Below, one piece after another: positions 36,162 to 45,893 of a stretch of DNA of 64,000 bases (position 1 is its first letter; each line of letters opens with the position of its first letter). This DNA is from Candidatus Firestoneibacteriota bacterium (GTDB taxonomy: Bacteria; Oederibacteriota; D2-FULL-39-29): contig CAIYPD010000052.1 in assembly GCA_903928075.1 (NCBI GenBank), forward strand, positions 11,876-75,875, given 5' to 3'. The position numbers and the translations under genes are program-made. The notes under the pieces were generated by a model that was not told where the DNA came from, made no database searches, and saw only the letters and a list, made by a program, of their open reading frames with translations.

Positions 36162-38924
36162 CTATTTATTTTTGGCTGTTACGTTTATTACTTCGCCGGC
36201 CAGTTTAAATAGTGTTTCGGTTCGTGTTTCCCAGCCGGAGCTGATAAACCAGTTGTGTGAAGCAATAGATGCCTGTCTCGAATAAGACGGTTCAAAACCC
36301 ATATGATTGGTCAACTGACTGTAGGCAATGTCAATATCCTGCATCCTTTCAGCAAGCGCCTTTTCACACCGTTCTTTCAGGTCCTTCCCCAGAATGGCAG
36401 CTTTTGCCTTGTCAGAGAGGACGCGTTCAATTGCTATACGGGCCTCACACTCCTGTACCCCTTCCAGAAAATTCAGATAGTGGTGATTTGCAGAAGGACC
36501 CGTTGGTCCCGGGGCGAGCAGGGAGCAATAGATATCCAGATTTCGCCAGTTACTTTGAGGATAGCGGTTATATATTCTTCCCTTGCGTTCACCTTTGGCG
36601 TCTCTTAAAACATTCCAGAACTCTCCGCCCAAACGGCCGACACCTCTTTGATTGCCGGTTATGGCCAGCTCTGCGTAGGAACGCCAGGCGCTTGTAGTAT
36701 ATTTGTCAAATTCTCCCAGACGGGTAAAGCGGGCCATAATATTTGGATTTTCTGATTTCCAACCCATCAGGCTTATTTCTTGATTATCTCTTGCCAGACT
36801 TAGCGCCCAGACTTTGGTCTGATAGGCAATGTTTGTTAAATTATAGGCCATCGGCCCGCCGCCAAAATGCGCGTGCACCACCCACGGGACACCCGGGAGA
36901 ATTCCGGCCCAAAAAGCCACTTCAGGCTTTGTCGGCCAGGCGTCATTCATCATCCCCAGCGCCATGGCCTTTTCAAGACCCCGTTTTTTCATACGCAAGC
37001 TTAGCTGCTCCGCAAGAGGCTGCCAAAGAGCGTTACTTAAAGGCTCGGTATATTTGGGGAGCTCGCTACTTACGCTTTTACCCGCTTGCAGCATTGTTAC
37101 TACCGGACCTTTTCCTAAAACAACATTATTTTTTTTCATTGTTTCCAGCATAACATCCTGCTCGCTTTTAACGGTCGCCGCAGACTGATGCCCTTCCTGT
37201 ATCATGTAAATATCCCAAACGAAAAATATTACCATCTTGGGTTTGCCCATATTTGCTTCGGCTAAATCCAGGTATTTATCCATGACCGAGAAATCATACT
37301 CGAACTTGTTCTCACCATTTTTTATCCATCTTACCATAGTCTCGCCGTGGCCGTAATTGGTCTCGGCAATGAGCGGAACATAGAGTATCCGGCTGCCGGA
37401 TTCCCCTATAAGCTTCAGAGCTTTCGCCACGAGTTCCCAGTGCTTTTCGGACCAGAGCGGTACATTATATTCCAGTGCAAGAGTATCCGGCGATTGTATA
37501 ATTTCCACAAAGGTCCTGAAATTATCAGAATCCGGCAGAATCCAATCGGCAACCTTTAGTTCCAAAGGCACAGTAACCGGGCCTTCCCCTTTCAGCTGAA
37601 TATTTATTGCTCCCGAATAAGAACCTGCGGCGGCGTCTTTTGGCACTTTAATTGTTATAAAAATAGGAAGAACCGCGCCCGGAACCGGCGGGACAGGAAT
37701 TACCGGTGTAAATCTTAGCGCCTTATTATTACTTACCGGCACCTTCTCCAAAATATCTTCGGAGATACAGCCCAAAAGATTGGCTTCCGCGGGATACGGC
37801 GATAAAAACGGAGAAGCGCTATAAGGTACAATAAGAAAATCCTGGCCCCAGGGATAGCCAAAGCGGATTCTAACCTGTGCTGACGGAATAACTCCGGCCG
37901 GGCCCTTAAGGTCGGAAACCCTAACTTTAATTCCGGAAAGAGGCCCGGTGGATCCGAGCACAACTTTTCCGGAAAAACTGCCGTTTCTTGTCCCCGTTAT
38001 TTCAACAGGATAGAGTTTTTCATTTTTGTCCCCAAAATCCATATCATAGTCATTGGCTAACAGGTTATTATTCCAGACCTGTAGTCCTTCGGGCCGGGTG
38101 ACATTTGGAATCAAACCTTCAGTGCTTCCGGCAACTACCTCCAGCCGTTCAAGATAGCAGGTATTCCAGCTTAAATTCCAAAAATTCTTTTTCGGATCTT
38201 TTTTTTCATCAACAACCTTATCGTAAGGCGCACGGATAAGTTCACACTCAATAAGATTTACTCCTTTTACCAGAAATTTAGCCGGGACCACAACCCCGTC
38301 CAGAACACGCCTGCGCAAAAGTTTTTTGGGATCCTGCGGTTTCAAAGAACCCTCTTTTTCGGCCAAAAGGAGGGCACCGTTACCGGCTAAAAAAGCTTCG
38401 GCCGGATAGGCCTCGGCCAGGTCTTCACCTTTTATTATATTTGCCCGCGCCACTTCCTGTCCGTTTATATATATTATTGCCCCGCCCTGAAAACTTGCGT
38501 TTATTTTTAAAGTTTTTATTTTGGCAGGCTCGGTGACGGTAAACTTCCCCCGAAAACAGGCCCGCGCAAGATACGAGGTATAACTCGCCATATATATAGA
38601 ACCCCTGAGCCATTTATGATCATCAAAGCCCGGTTTGGTCCAGTCTGAAGCAGGCGCCGGAGTTTCCCGATCCAGCCAGCTTTGATTTAAAAGCAGAGGT
38701 TTTATCTCTTTTCCGTCTTGAATTACAGGCGCCTTAAAAACATTATAGATTCTCCAGGAACTGTAACTGTCGAGGACCTTGACCTCTTCGGCTGAAACAG
38801 CAGAACAGAATATTGCCATTGAAAATAACGGAAGCAAGACAAAAAGGAAGAAAACCCTTAACAATTTATTTGTTCTTACACCTTCTCTTTGGCCGACGAA
38901 TCCTTCTTTTCTTTTCATTCCCAC
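36162..38924 (-). CDS. Secreted ~900-aa GH123/DUF4091-like protein, paralog 4
   Basis: Same conserved blocks (IIQSPDTLALEY, DFSVMDKYLD, EGVQECEARI). Confidence 0.65.
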   Translation of the reverse strand: MGMKRKEGFVGQREGVRTNKLLRVFFLFVLLPLFSMAIFCSAVSAEEVKVLDSYSSWRIYNVFKAPVIQDGKEIKPLLLNQSWLDRETPAPASDWTKPGFDDHKWLRGSIYMASYTSYLARACFRGKFTVTEPAKIKTLKINASFQGGAIIYINGQEVARANIIKGEDLAEAYPAEAFLAGNGALLLAEKEGSLKPQDPKKLLRRRVLDGVVVPAKFLVKGVNLIECELIRAPYDKVVDEKKDPKKNFWNLSWNTCYLERLEVVAGSTEGLIPNVTRPEGLQVWNNNLLANDYDMDFGDKNEKLYPVEITGTRNGSFSGKVVLGSTGPLSGIKVRVSDLKGPAGVIPSAQVRIRFGYPWGQDFLIVPYSASPFLSPYPAEANLLGCISEDILEKVPVSNNKALRFTPVIPVPPVPGAVLPIFITIKVPKDAAAGSYSGAINIQLKGEGPVTVPLELKVADWILPDSDNFRTFVEIIQSPDTLALEYNVPLWSEKHWELVAKALKLIGESGSRILYVPLIAETNYGHGETMVRWIKNGENKFEYDFSVMDKYLDLAEANMGKPKMVIFFVWDIYMIQEGHQSAATVKSEQDVMLETMKKNNVVLGKGPVVTMLQAGKSVSSELPKYTEPLSNALWQPLAEQLSLRMKKRGLEKAMALGMMNDAWPTKPEVAFWAGILPGVPWVVHAHFGGGPMAYNLTNIAYQTKVWALSLARDNQEISLMGWKSENPNIMARFTRLGEFDKYTTSAWRSYAELAITGNQRGVGRLGGEFWNVLRDAKGERKGRIYNRYPQSNWRNLDIYCSLLAPGPTGPSANHHYLNFLEGVQECEARIAIERVLSDKAKAAILGKDLKERCEKALAERMQDIDIAYSQLTNHMGFEPSYSRQASIASHNWFISSGWETRTETLFKLAGEVINVTAKNK

Positions 38925-38953
38925 TCCTTTGATAAATATTCGAAAACATTTTT

Positions 38954-41635
38954 TTACTGTTTCTTTCCGAGTTTTTTCTCTACTTCAGCAGCCAGGGAAA
39001 ACAGTGTTTCGGAACGGGCCTGCCAGCCTGAACCAATAAACCAGCTGTTTGCAGCTATGCCCGGCGGTGTGGTCGGGGCCTGGCCAAAGCGGTTAAACAT
39101 TGAACTGTTGTTTAAACTAACAGCTTGCAGTCTTTCTGAGAGTACTTTTTCACATCTTTCTTTAAGCTCTTTTCCAAGTAAATATTTTTTTGATTCATCA
39201 GAAAGAGCATGTTCAAGAACTATCCTTGCTTCACAATCAAAAACGCCCTCTACCAAAAGGAGGTAATGATTGCAAATACCGGGGCCCCCGGGGCCGGGGG
39301 TAAGCATCGAATTATAAATATCCAGGTTACGCCAGTTGCTTTGCGGATACCGGGAATAGACCCTGCCGCTGCGTTCCCCTTTTTTATCCTTGAGAACCTT
39401 CCAAAAATCACCGCCAATCCTGCCCACTCCTCTTTGATCTCCGGTTATTGCGCGTTCCGCGTAGGAACGCCAGGTGCTGTTGGGATAGTTATCAAATTCC
39501 GAATCCCGGTTGTACCGGCCCAAAAGGTTTACCGCCCCGGACTTCCAGCCCATAAGGCTTTCTGCTGCGGCGTCTTTTATTGACCAAACCCGGGTCTGGT
39601 AAGTTATCGGAGCCAGGCCGTAGGCGTTCGTTCCCGCCCCAAAATGAGCGTGCACAATCCAGGGCACCCCGGGAAGAAGTCCGGCCCAAAAAGCCACTTC
39701 GGGTTTTGTCGGCCAGGCATCATTCATCATGCCCAAAGTCATGACATTCTCGAGCCCTCGTTTCTTCATATTTTTTTTGAGTTCTTCAGTCAGACCCTGC
39801 CAGAGGGCTTTGCTTGAACTATCTGTATACATCGGCAGTATTAGCTTTTCTGTTTTTCCTGCATTAAGAACTGTTACCACAGGCCCGTTTGCTGCAACAT
39901 TTTCTTTTTTGCGTTTTTCAAGAATACGCTCTTCCTCATGCCCGGCCGTAGCCCCGGATTCATGATTGCTCTGCATCATATAGACATCCCAGACAAAAAA
40001 TACGACCATCTTTGGCTTGCCCATATTTTTTTCGGCAAGATCCAGGTATTTATCCATGATCGAAAAATCATAGTCATACTTTTTATCGCCTTTGTTTATC
40101 CAGCGCACCATGGTTTCCCCATGGCCGTAATTGGTCTCGGCAATGAGAGGCACATAGAGCACCCTGCTCCCGGATTCCCCGATGAGTTTCAAGGATTTCC
40201 CGATGAGCTCAAAGTGCTTTTCAGACCAAAGAGGCACATTATACTCCAGTGCCAGGGTGTCGGGTGATTGAATAATCTCCACCCAGGTCTTAAAATTACC
40301 GGTATCAGGAAGGGTCCACTCAGAAACTTTAAGTTCCAGAGGCACCGTGACCGGTTTTTCTCCGGCAACTTTGATATTAATCATACCGGAATAATTGCCG
40401 GTTGCCGCGTCTTTTGGGATTTGAACCGTAAAGTATACCGGCAGGACTGCTCCCGGAATCCGGGGTACCGGCGTTACAGGTGTAAATCTTAGAGCTTTAT
40501 TTTTACTCACCGGAACAGTTACGGGAGAATCTTCCGAGATAGAACCCAACATTACGGTTTCCGCCGGATAGGTAGAAAGAAAGGGTGTGGTATTGGAAAC
40601 TATCTGCATATCCCCGCCCCAGGGGTAGCCATAGCGTATCATTATTTGGGCTGAGGGAATTACTCCCGCCGAGCCTTTTAGGTCTGAGGCGATAACGCTT
40701 ATTCCTGAAAGGGGTTTTGTAGAGCCAAGAACAACCTTCCCGGAAAAACTGCCGTTTTTTGCTCCAGATATCTCAATAGGATAGAGTTTTTCATTGCGGT
40801 CGCCAAAATCCATATCATAGTCATTCGCTAATAGATTATTATTCCATACCTGAAAGCCCTCGGGCCGGGCGACACACGGCACCAACGCTTCCCCGCCAAA
40901 AGAACTAAGTTCCAAACTTTCCAGATAACAGGTATTCCAGGCAAAATTCCAGATTTTATTTTTCTGATTTTTTTTCTCGTCTACAACCGGGGCGTAGGGA
41001 GCCCGTATTATTTCACACTCAATAATATTTACCCCTTTAACCAAAAGACTTGACGGCACAGGCACTGCGGACAAGACGCGCCTACGCATAAGTTTTTTTG
41101 GATCTTCCGGCTTTAAGGAATTTTCTTTTTCAGCAAGCAGGAGCGAACCATCGCCGGCTAAAAAAGCTTCCGGGGGATAAGGCTCCGCTAATTCTGCACC
41201 TTTTTTTATTTTGACCCGCGCCGCCTCCTGTCCGTTAACATATATAACTGCTCCTCCGTGAAACGCGGCATTTATTTTAAGTTCTTTGACCGCGGTAGGG
41301 TCCTTGACCAAAAATTTACCTCGCAGGCAGAGTTTTGAAAGCCAAGGAGTATAACCTGCAGAATAAATAGAACCTCTGGTCCAAAGATGATCATCGAAAT
41401 CACTGCTCAGCCAGTTTGCAGGCGGCGGCTGAGTATCCCGGTCGAGCCAGACCATGTTATGGTTGAGTGATTTTATGCTGCTGCCCGACAGGATAACCGG
41501 CGCTTTAAAAACATTATAAATTCTCCAGGAACTGTAACTGTCGAGGATCACAGTTTTTTCTGCTGCAGTGAGAAGACAGAAGGCCTCTATCAAAAACAAA
41601 AAAATATAAAATACCGACCGGGCAAATCTTTTCAT
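38954..41635 (-). CDS. Secreted ~900-aa GH123/DUF4091-like protein, paralog 5
   Basis: Closest to paralog 4; shares long identical peptides (QVWNNNLLANDYDMDFGD, LGMMNDAWPTKPEVAFWAG). Confidence 0.65.
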   Translation of the reverse strand: MKRFARSVFYIFLFLIEAFCLLTAAEKTVILDSYSSWRIYNVFKAPVILSGSSIKSLNHNMVWLDRDTQPPPANWLSSDFDDHLWTRGSIYSAGYTPWLSKLCLRGKFLVKDPTAVKELKINAAFHGGAVIYVNGQEAARVKIKKGAELAEPYPPEAFLAGDGSLLLAEKENSLKPEDPKKLMRRRVLSAVPVPSSLLVKGVNIIECEIIRAPYAPVVDEKKNQKNKIWNFAWNTCYLESLELSSFGGEALVPCVARPEGFQVWNNNLLANDYDMDFGDRNEKLYPIEISGAKNGSFSGKVVLGSTKPLSGISVIASDLKGSAGVIPSAQIMIRYGYPWGGDMQIVSNTTPFLSTYPAETVMLGSISEDSPVTVPVSKNKALRFTPVTPVPRIPGAVLPVYFTVQIPKDAATGNYSGMINIKVAGEKPVTVPLELKVSEWTLPDTGNFKTWVEIIQSPDTLALEYNVPLWSEKHFELIGKSLKLIGESGSRVLYVPLIAETNYGHGETMVRWINKGDKKYDYDFSIMDKYLDLAEKNMGKPKMVVFFVWDVYMMQSNHESGATAGHEEERILEKRKKENVAANGPVVTVLNAGKTEKLILPMYTDSSSKALWQGLTEELKKNMKKRGLENVMTLGMMNDAWPTKPEVAFWAGLLPGVPWIVHAHFGAGTNAYGLAPITYQTRVWSIKDAAAESLMGWKSGAVNLLGRYNRDSEFDNYPNSTWRSYAERAITGDQRGVGRIGGDFWKVLKDKKGERSGRVYSRYPQSNWRNLDIYNSMLTPGPGGPGICNHYLLLVEGVFDCEARIVLEHALSDESKKYLLGKELKERCEKVLSERLQAVSLNNSSMFNRFGQAPTTPPGIAANSWFIGSGWQARSETLFSLAAEVEKKLGKKQ

Positions 41636-41687
41636 AACCAGACTCTCCTGAAAAATAACAACTACGCGCCGGATACTGTTTGCCTAA

Positions 41688-43001
41688 TTATCTGGGAATA
41701 GTATATTCAAAAGCCCCGATATCATAGCCTTTTCCCTGTGGCCGTTTATTTCCCTCGATATCGATGGGGACCAGGTCCTTTAGGTCCGCCCCGTTATCTA
41801 TTCCCGGTGAGCCGGCCTTTAAATGGAAATCATTATTATCGGGATCAACAAATATTGGCTCTGCAGTGATGTCAGTAGGGTTGTAATTCCTGTTTTTGCA
41901 ATTCCACATCAGGTTATTGCTGATTTCCGGTATTTTGTTGCCTGTTTTATCCAGCCAAACGGCTATCCCGGATTCGGCAGGGGGGTTCTTACCAATCGGC
42001 TTATGCTTATAGTAGGAAATAAGATTATTTTTGACTACAGCGTTTTCACATGCCCGGGCTGTTTGAAACCAGATAGGATAAGCCCCGCAATTTATAAAAG
42101 TATTGTTTACTATCGTGACATCGGTCCAGTCTTTTGGTAAAAGCCCGACATAAACTGTATTTACAAAAAGATTATTTCTATAAGTGATGTGATGTGATTT
42201 TTGTCTTGAGCCTTCAGGTTCTGAGGCATGCGTCGAATTAAAACAACGGTTATTCTCTATAAGAATATTGCTACTGGGTCCTTCGGACTGATCCCAGGTG
42301 CCAAAAAAACAAACACCTTGACTCGCCATTGTTTCCATAGCTGAGCCATGGAAATAATTTCCCCGGAAAGTAATATTCTCTCCGACAAAGAAGGTATATT
42401 TACCTTTTATTTTATCCCCTGCCCTGCCGGTGTATATCAAAGTATCTATCTCATTATTTTCAACAAGAGAAAAACTATTGACATATATACCGGCCCGGAC
42501 GCGTTGCAGTTTATTATCCCTGACCTTCGCGTCGGTTCCGGCTACAATGCCATAATCTTCGATATCATGGATATAATTATCAAGAATTTCACACCCTTTT
42601 TTTGCGGTTTTTTGTCTGTGGGCAATTCCGGCGAAAACGCCTATATCCGTTTCATTCGTTTTTCCATAGGTAATTTCGAAGCCCTTGACCCGGATATAAT
42701 CTCCCTTAAGATCAAACCCCTGCATCTTTGCTTTTCTGCTCTCTGCGGACTGAAAGGTTATAAGTTTGTCTTTTTCCCCGGAAACAGTAACTGTCACCTG
42801 TTCGTCATAGACTCCGGGGAAAACATTGACAACATCCCCGGCTTTTACTGTTTTATTGGCATTTGAAATAGTTTTCCACGGCGAACTTTTTGTGCCCGAA
42901 GCTGAATCAGAGCCATTCGTTGCCACAAAATATTCGGCAGAAAATGCGGCTGTAGCATTTACACTAACAAGTGCGATTATTAAAACTATGACCTTCTTCA
43001 T
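41688..43001 (-). CDS. Secreted right-handed parallel beta-helix protein (DUF1565-like N-terminus)
   Basis: YFVATNGSD..GT..PWKTI, Asn-ladder repeats and terminal DIEGNKRPQGKGYDIGAFEY. Start moved to ATG 43001. Confidence 0.82.
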   Translation of the reverse strand: MKKVIVLIIALVSVNATAAFSAEYFVATNGSDSASGTKSSPWKTISNANKTVKAGDVVNVFPGVYDEQVTVTVSGEKDKLITFQSAESRKAKMQGFDLKGDYIRVKGFEITYGKTNETDIGVFAGIAHRQKTAKKGCEILDNYIHDIEDYGIVAGTDAKVRDNKLQRVRAGIYVNSFSLVENNEIDTLIYTGRAGDKIKGKYTFFVGENITFRGNYFHGSAMETMASQGVCFFGTWDQSEGPSSNILIENNRCFNSTHASEPEGSRQKSHHITYRNNLFVNTVYVGLLPKDWTDVTIVNNTFINCGAYPIWFQTARACENAVVKNNLISYYKHKPIGKNPPAESGIAVWLDKTGNKIPEISNNLMWNCKNRNYNPTDITAEPIFVDPDNNDFHLKAGSPGIDNGADLKDLVPIDIEGNKRPQGKGYDIGAFEYTIPR

Positions 43002-43041
43002 ATTCTCTCTCCTGACTTTCAAATGTTTGATTGTAGAACCT

Positions 43042-43335
43042 TCAGCCCAGACAAATCCACTTAACATTGCTATTTGTCCTTAGTCCGTGTTCCACCCAGG
43101 GCTTTATTATTATCAAAGCGCCTTCTTTTACAATAGTTTCTTTGCCGTCCTCAAAATAAGAGGCTTCGCCTTTTATAATATACCATAACTCCTGTTGTTC
43201 ATGCTTGTGCGGCTTGAAGGGATTCTCCGGCGTGGTATCCCGTGTAACAAAGTGTTTCACCATTACCGAAGTCCCTGCAATATCATATTCCTTCCTACCT
43301 GCTTGTTTTACATCGTTCACACCCTCAACTATCAC
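43042..43335 (-). CDS. Cupin domain protein
   Basis: PHKHEQQELWYIIKG...G....IKPWVEH cupin motifs. Confidence 0.85.
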   Translation of the reverse strand: MIVEGVNDVKQAGRKEYDIAGTSVMVKHFVTRDTTPENPFKPHKHEQQELWYIIKGEASYFEDGKETIVKEGALIIIKPWVEHGLRTNSNVKWICLG

Positions 43336-43356
43336 AAAAAACCTCCTTTCCTTACG

Positions 43357-44562
43357 CTATTTCTCCATCACATATATATGAACATCGTGTTCTTTAAAAT
43401 CATCGTCAAACTCCCCGGGTTTTGCCGCCAGCTCCCGGTTTTCCTCGTCCACAGAAATTTTAGTCTTCTCTTTCAAACCTTTTACCTTAAAAGAAGCTTT
43501 TTCGCTCTGTCTCTTCATATTTACGGCAAACACATACAGTTGCTTCCCGTACTCTTTTACCAGAAATTGAATATTCTTATTATCAGTTTGTACTCTGTCT
43601 TTTATATCAGTTGAACAGAGAGGATTTGTTAATTTTGTTATCTGCTTATTAATTTTTCCGATTTCCTGTTTGTTGTTCTCCGGCACTCCGAACTGACTGT
43701 AGTATTTGCTTTCCCCTCTTTTAACCGTAGACGCCGGATTGCCTATCTGATCCATTGCCACCCAGGTATGGGTAAAGTACCCTATAGCTTTGCAACCGTT
43801 TACTATGGCCATCCAAACCTCGCATCTTATTTCAAAAGGAAGAGGATGTCTCTGTTTTGAGGGGGTAATCCATTTACTGCCGCCGTTCGCTTCTATCCAT
43901 GCATATACAGGTTTTTTGCCTTCCATTAATTTATCAAGTTCAGAGGCAGCATTTGCGACCCAAAAAAGAGATTCAGGCCTGTTATTGCCATAAATGGGAT
44001 AAGTATCATAGCCGATAATATCTGTTGCCTTGGCATACTGTTTATAGAAAGAAAGGTCTTTTCCCTTGTTCCCGGCAGCGTTTGCATCTTCACTCTTCGA
44101 ATAGCCTGTAGTCAAAGTTAAGAACATAGGATGGTCGCTGTCGGCGGCCTTACATTCTTCATAAACAGATATAGACTCGCTCAAGGGCACCCGGGGAGCA
44201 ATCTTGTCCTTACCAGCCATATCCGGTTCATCTTTATAAAACCAGCCCAGCAGAGCAGGATGGACTTTTACTCCGGCAACTTCTTCTTTCTTGTAGCCTA
44301 ACACAGTAAACAAGCCGTTTTTCTTTGCTTCATCACAATATTCCTTAGCCGTTGACTTATCCCCTTGCGCCACATAGGTATTAAAACCCAGTTCCTTCTG
44401 CTGCGGCATATTGGTCTTCTTTTGCAGCCATTGCATAATGGGAAAGAACGGCTTGCCATCTACAAGAAATTCTTTATTTTTTCCTATCTCAACCTTTGCG
44501 GCACTAAGTTCCATAGGCATAAGCAGGCAGAACAAAAGCATTGCGGCTAAGACTTTTTTCAT
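43357..44562 (-). CDS. Secreted TIM-barrel glycoside-hydrolase-like protein (paralog of 27829-29025)
   Basis: VDGKPFFPIMQW, WFYKDEPD, YDTYP, AWIE and EIRCEVWMAIV. Confidence 0.62.
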   Translation of the reverse strand: MKKVLAAMLLFCLLMPMELSAAKVEIGKNKEFLVDGKPFFPIMQWLQKKTNMPQQKELGFNTYVAQGDKSTAKEYCDEAKKNGLFTVLGYKKEEVAGVKVHPALLGWFYKDEPDMAGKDKIAPRVPLSESISVYEECKAADSDHPMFLTLTTGYSKSEDANAAGNKGKDLSFYKQYAKATDIIGYDTYPIYGNNRPESLFWVANAASELDKLMEGKKPVYAWIEANGGSKWITPSKQRHPLPFEIRCEVWMAIVNGCKAIGYFTHTWVAMDQIGNPASTVKRGESKYYSQFGVPENNKQEIGKINKQITKLTNPLCSTDIKDRVQTDNKNIQFLVKEYGKQLYVFAVNMKRQSEKASFKVKGLKEKTKISVDEENRELAAKPGEFDDDFKEHDVHIYVMEK

Positions 44563-44591
44563 AAATTCCCCCTGTTACTTAATTACTGATT

Positions 44592-44626
44592 GTCCGCCTT
44601 AAGGCGAGATCTCACCGCAGGTGGAC
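44592..44626. repeat. REP-like double-hairpin element, copy D
   Basis: GTCCGCCTTAAGGCGAGATCTCACCGCAGGTGGAC, embedded in CTGATTG/CTAATTA heptamers. Confidence 0.85.
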
Positions 44627-44753
44627 TAATTAAACAAATAAAAGCAGAAAATAATTCCCTGCAAAAATTTCTTCATTTTTCATGTCCTGTTTGACACTAC
44701 CATAGCTTCTTTGATTTACAAAATATTCCTGGCAATGTAGTTACACCGGAAAG

Positions 44754-45881
44754 CTATTTCTTAGGAGTAAGTATTATTTTTCCGCGGTCCGGTACCGCTT
44801 TCACCAGCGCGAAATTATTTTTTTCATTTTCAATAAGCTTTACCCCGATCGGCTTGCCGTTCTGCTCCGCTTCGGCCGCTTTCCAGTTTTCCGGCAGGCG
44901 CACCTTTAAGGTCAACGGATAATCATATAACTTATCGTCCATACCGTCGGTTAAATTCAGGACGATTCTGTCCGCGCTACTCTCTTCCGTCTTTAAAGAC
45001 GCGGTGTCCCGCTCGGCGCAATAGAGCGAAATATTCCCGTAAAGGCCGCCCCAGAGCTCTTTCTCATTTTTCTTATAAAATTCAAGGGCTATCTTGGCGG
45101 CTTCCTTCCCTTCGGGCTTGCCGACATAATGAAAAAGCACTATAGCCCAGCCGCGGTAGTTGTTTTTGCTTTTGGGGTCAAGCATGGTCTCGGGATCGAC
45201 CCAGGGTGTCTTAGGATTACCGAAATTAGCTTTGGACATATACTTTATCATGGTATAGTCTATCTGATTTGCGGCGTTAATGCCCGTGCCTCCCCGGGCA
45301 GAAAGAAAATATTTTCCTGCTATTTTAGGGTCATTATATTTCTGCCCCGGTCCGCCCGGGTAGGCCAGGAACCGGATCTTATGCCCGGGAAGCCCGGCTT
45401 CAAGCATTTTTATGGACTCGGTGCATTCCCAATCAAAGCCCTTCCAGCCGGGAGGAGGCGTACCGTCTTTACTAAAATTATGCCAGTGCGAAACCGAATG
45501 TGATTCCGCCTCATGGCCTTCCGCCAGCACTTTTTTCCAGATCTCCCAGGTACCGCCCAGAGCTGCTTTTGGATCATTAACAGTTTCGGCAATAAGGAAC
45601 CAGGTTACTTTAAAATTGAAGAGTTTGGTCTGCTCCAGCCAGAACGGCACATCCCCGGAACAGTTATCATCAATATTAATGCTGTAAGCCGCAAGTTTAT
45701 CGTCTTCCCAGAGGCAAAGAGAAGCTTCTCCGGGCTTCGCAGGCCAGACTTTTTCCGTAACAGCAAACCTGGGTTTTACCGGGTCCCCGGCCAGATTAAA
45801 CCTGCCTTTTTTGGCTTCCTCACCGGATAAGAAACCGGCACCCAGAAGAATACAGCTCAACAAAAATATTTTAAACTTCAT
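44754..45881 (-). CDS. Secreted polysaccharide deacetylase (CE4/NodB-like)
   Basis: Signal peptide; INIDD, HSVSH and AYPGG. Confidence 0.8.
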   Translation of the reverse strand: MKFKIFLLSCILLGAGFLSGEEAKKGRFNLAGDPVKPRFAVTEKVWPAKPGEASLCLWEDDKLAAYSINIDDNCSGDVPFWLEQTKLFNFKVTWFLIAETVNDPKAALGGTWEIWKKVLAEGHEAESHSVSHWHNFSKDGTPPPGWKGFDWECTESIKMLEAGLPGHKIRFLAYPGGPGQKYNDPKIAGKYFLSARGGTGINAANQIDYTMIKYMSKANFGNPKTPWVDPETMLDPKSKNNYRGWAIVLFHYVGKPEGKEAAKIALEFYKKNEKELWGGLYGNISLYCAERDTASLKTEESSADRIVLNLTDGMDDKLYDYPLTLKVRLPENWKAAEAEQNGKPIGVKLIENEKNNFALVKAVPDRGKIILTPKK

Positions 45882-45893
45882 TGCCCCCCCTGT

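Noticed and set aside
19775-41635. Diversity-generating retroelement behind the paralog variation
   Set aside because: No reverse transcriptase or TR/VR pair; differences are not adenine-specific and include indels.
2718-44626. Hairpin repeats as a CRISPR array or integron attC sites
   Set aside because: Copies are 10-17 kb apart with no spacers, no cas or integrase genes and no attC core sites.
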